Shown in pieces: positions 10,111-11,248 of a DNA stretch of 11,248 nt. Each line of letters starts with the position of its first letter. Position 1 is the stretch's first letter. The translations under genes were made by a program, and so were the position numbers. Location of the stretch: the NCBI GenBank assembly GCA_037381445.1, contig JARRQT010000152.1:1-11248 (forward strand). The letters are read 5' to 3'. This DNA is from Calditrichia bacterium. GTDB lineage: Bacteria > Calditrichota > Calditrichia > RBG-13-44-9. The notes beneath the pieces were generated by a model. The model was not told the DNA's origin, made no database searches, and saw nothing but the letters and a program-made list of their open reading frames with translations.

Positions 10111-11248
10111 ATGAAAAAAGGAATGGTATTTTTATTTTTGCTTATGATCGGCCTGCAGGCCGGGGCGCAGAACGAACGCGAAGATTTTTATGATATCAAT
10201 CTGGATATCAGACCGGCGGCTGAATTTCTCTCGGCGGATGTACGCCTGGCCTGCAAAATTCAGGAGGACGGAACGGACAGTCTGAGATTTCTGCTTCATA
10301 AAAGACTGCTTCCTGAACTGGTAAGCGGCGATCAGCTCCGGGATTTTACCTTCGATACCACTTCGGCTCCTTTTTTCCCGTTCGTTCCTGAGGCGGGCAC
10401 CCTGACCCTTCACTTTTCGAAGCCTTTCCGGAAAGGGGAAATTGTGCTTCTACATTTCCGCTACGCCGGTAAAATAGGAATTCTAAGTAAATGGAAGAAC
10501 AACCGCGTTACCGCGGACTGGATTGAGCTGGGCCTGTACGCTCCCTGGTTTCCCTTTATGCCGCAGATGACCGATATAACATACCGGATAAAACTTCACA
10601 CAGCTCCCGGGGACCGGATTTTCGGGCCGGGCAGGATAAGCGATGCGGAGGGAAATTGGGTTATCTCCAGCAGCCATCCGGGAAAAGACATCATTGTGCT
10701 GGCTGCTCCCAAAGACAGTGTCCGCGCGAAAATTCTCGACAAGGGTGGCCTGCGAATCTTCTGCGCCAATGATCTTGCCGATTCGACCCTGAATGATATG
10801 GCTCAAAACGGGGTGTGGCTGCTGAAAACCTACCGCAAATGGTTTGGCGCTGCAAAAACAGACGGCGTTGAACTGGCGCTGGTCCCACGCAGAATCGGCG
10901 GCGGATATGCCAGAACGGGATTTATTGTCTTTAACAGGTTCTCGGACAGCGATTATGCCGGTTCGCGCATAAAGTATTTCCGGTTCATGGCCCATGAGTT
11001 CGCGCACCTATGGTGGGCCAACGCTCCAACAGATTCGTGGGAAGACTGGCTGAATGAGGCCTTCGCGGAATACAGCGCGCTGCGGGCTGTCAGGGAACGG
11101 CTGGGAGAAGATGCCTTCGATTCCTTGTACAATCCCAAGCTCAAAGAAATAGCCGGCCTGCCTCCGGTCAAAGGGATCAGCCGCTCCGATGGGAAGGCCC
11201 ATGACGTGCTTTATGATAAAGGCTGCGTGCTGCTCACCGAACTGGAAA
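10111..11248 (+). CDS. Secreted M1-like (gluzincin) zinc metallopeptidase, 3'-truncated by the window edge; absent from the supplied ORF track
   Basis: Manual translation gives an open frame from ATG 10111 (GGAG SD at 10101-10104) to the window end, 379 codons. Signal peptide MKKGMVFLFLLMIGLQAGA-Q; 'LYAPWFP'; zinc motif HEFAH (10993-11007); third-ligand motif 'WLNEAFAEY' (Glu at 11056-11058); 'YDKG' (11212-11223), matching the M1 Tyr motif. Confidence 0.9.
   Translation, partial: MKKGMVFLFLLMIGLQAGAQNEREDFYDINLDIRPAAEFLSADVRLACKIQEDGTDSLRFLLHKRLLPELVSGDQLRDFTFDTTSAPFFPFVPEAGTLTLHFSKPFRKGEIVLLHFRYAGKIGILSKWKNNRVTADWIELGLYAPWFPFMPQMTDITYRIKLHTAPGDRIFGPGRISDAEGNWVISSSHPGKDIIVLAAPKDSVRAKILDKGGLRIFCANDLADSTLNDMAQNGVWLLKTYRKWFGAAKTDGVELALVPRRIGGGYARTGFIVFNRFSDSDYAGSRIKYFRFMAHEFAHLWWANAPTDSWEDWLNEAFAEYSALRAVRERLGEDAFDSLYNPKLKEIAGLPPVKGISRSDGKAHDVLYDKGCVLLTELE

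Noticed and set aside
10132..11202. Minus-strand ORFs 10132..10413, 10483..11007, 10691..10888, 10953..11171 and 11008..11202
   Set aside because: All lie opposite the plus-strand peptidase frame starting at 10111, which has a signal peptide and HEXXH/NEXFA motifs.

Overview
Bacterial chromosomal segment, roughly 50% GC. The lineage is uncertain; the first gene family recalls Calditrichota/Ignavibacteria-type genomes. From left to right: (1) the 3' part of a gene for a Trp/Gly-rich repeat (probable beta-propeller) protein, split by a frameshift near 763-768 and followed by an intrinsic terminator; (2) a GlgE-pathway locus, glgE plus a fused trehalose synthase/maltokinase (treS-mak), followed by a small uncharacterised gene instead of glgB; (3) a minus-strand cluster encoding a NemR-like TetR repressor, a methanethiol S-methyltransferase (MddA-like) and an alpha/beta hydrolase, driven by a near-consensus sigma70 promoter (TTGACA-17-TATATT with an extended -10 TGn) that carries a dyad operator in its spacer and appears to give a leaderless tetR mRNA; (4) a secreted M1-like zinc metallopeptidase gene that the ORF track missed because it runs off the window end. 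The best candidate for an undescribed system is the Cys-containing TetR / mddA / hydrolase cluster, which could be a thiol- or oxidant-regulated module for volatile-sulfur (MeSH/H2S to DMS) methylation. No mobile elements, CRISPR arrays, tRNA or rRNA were seen.
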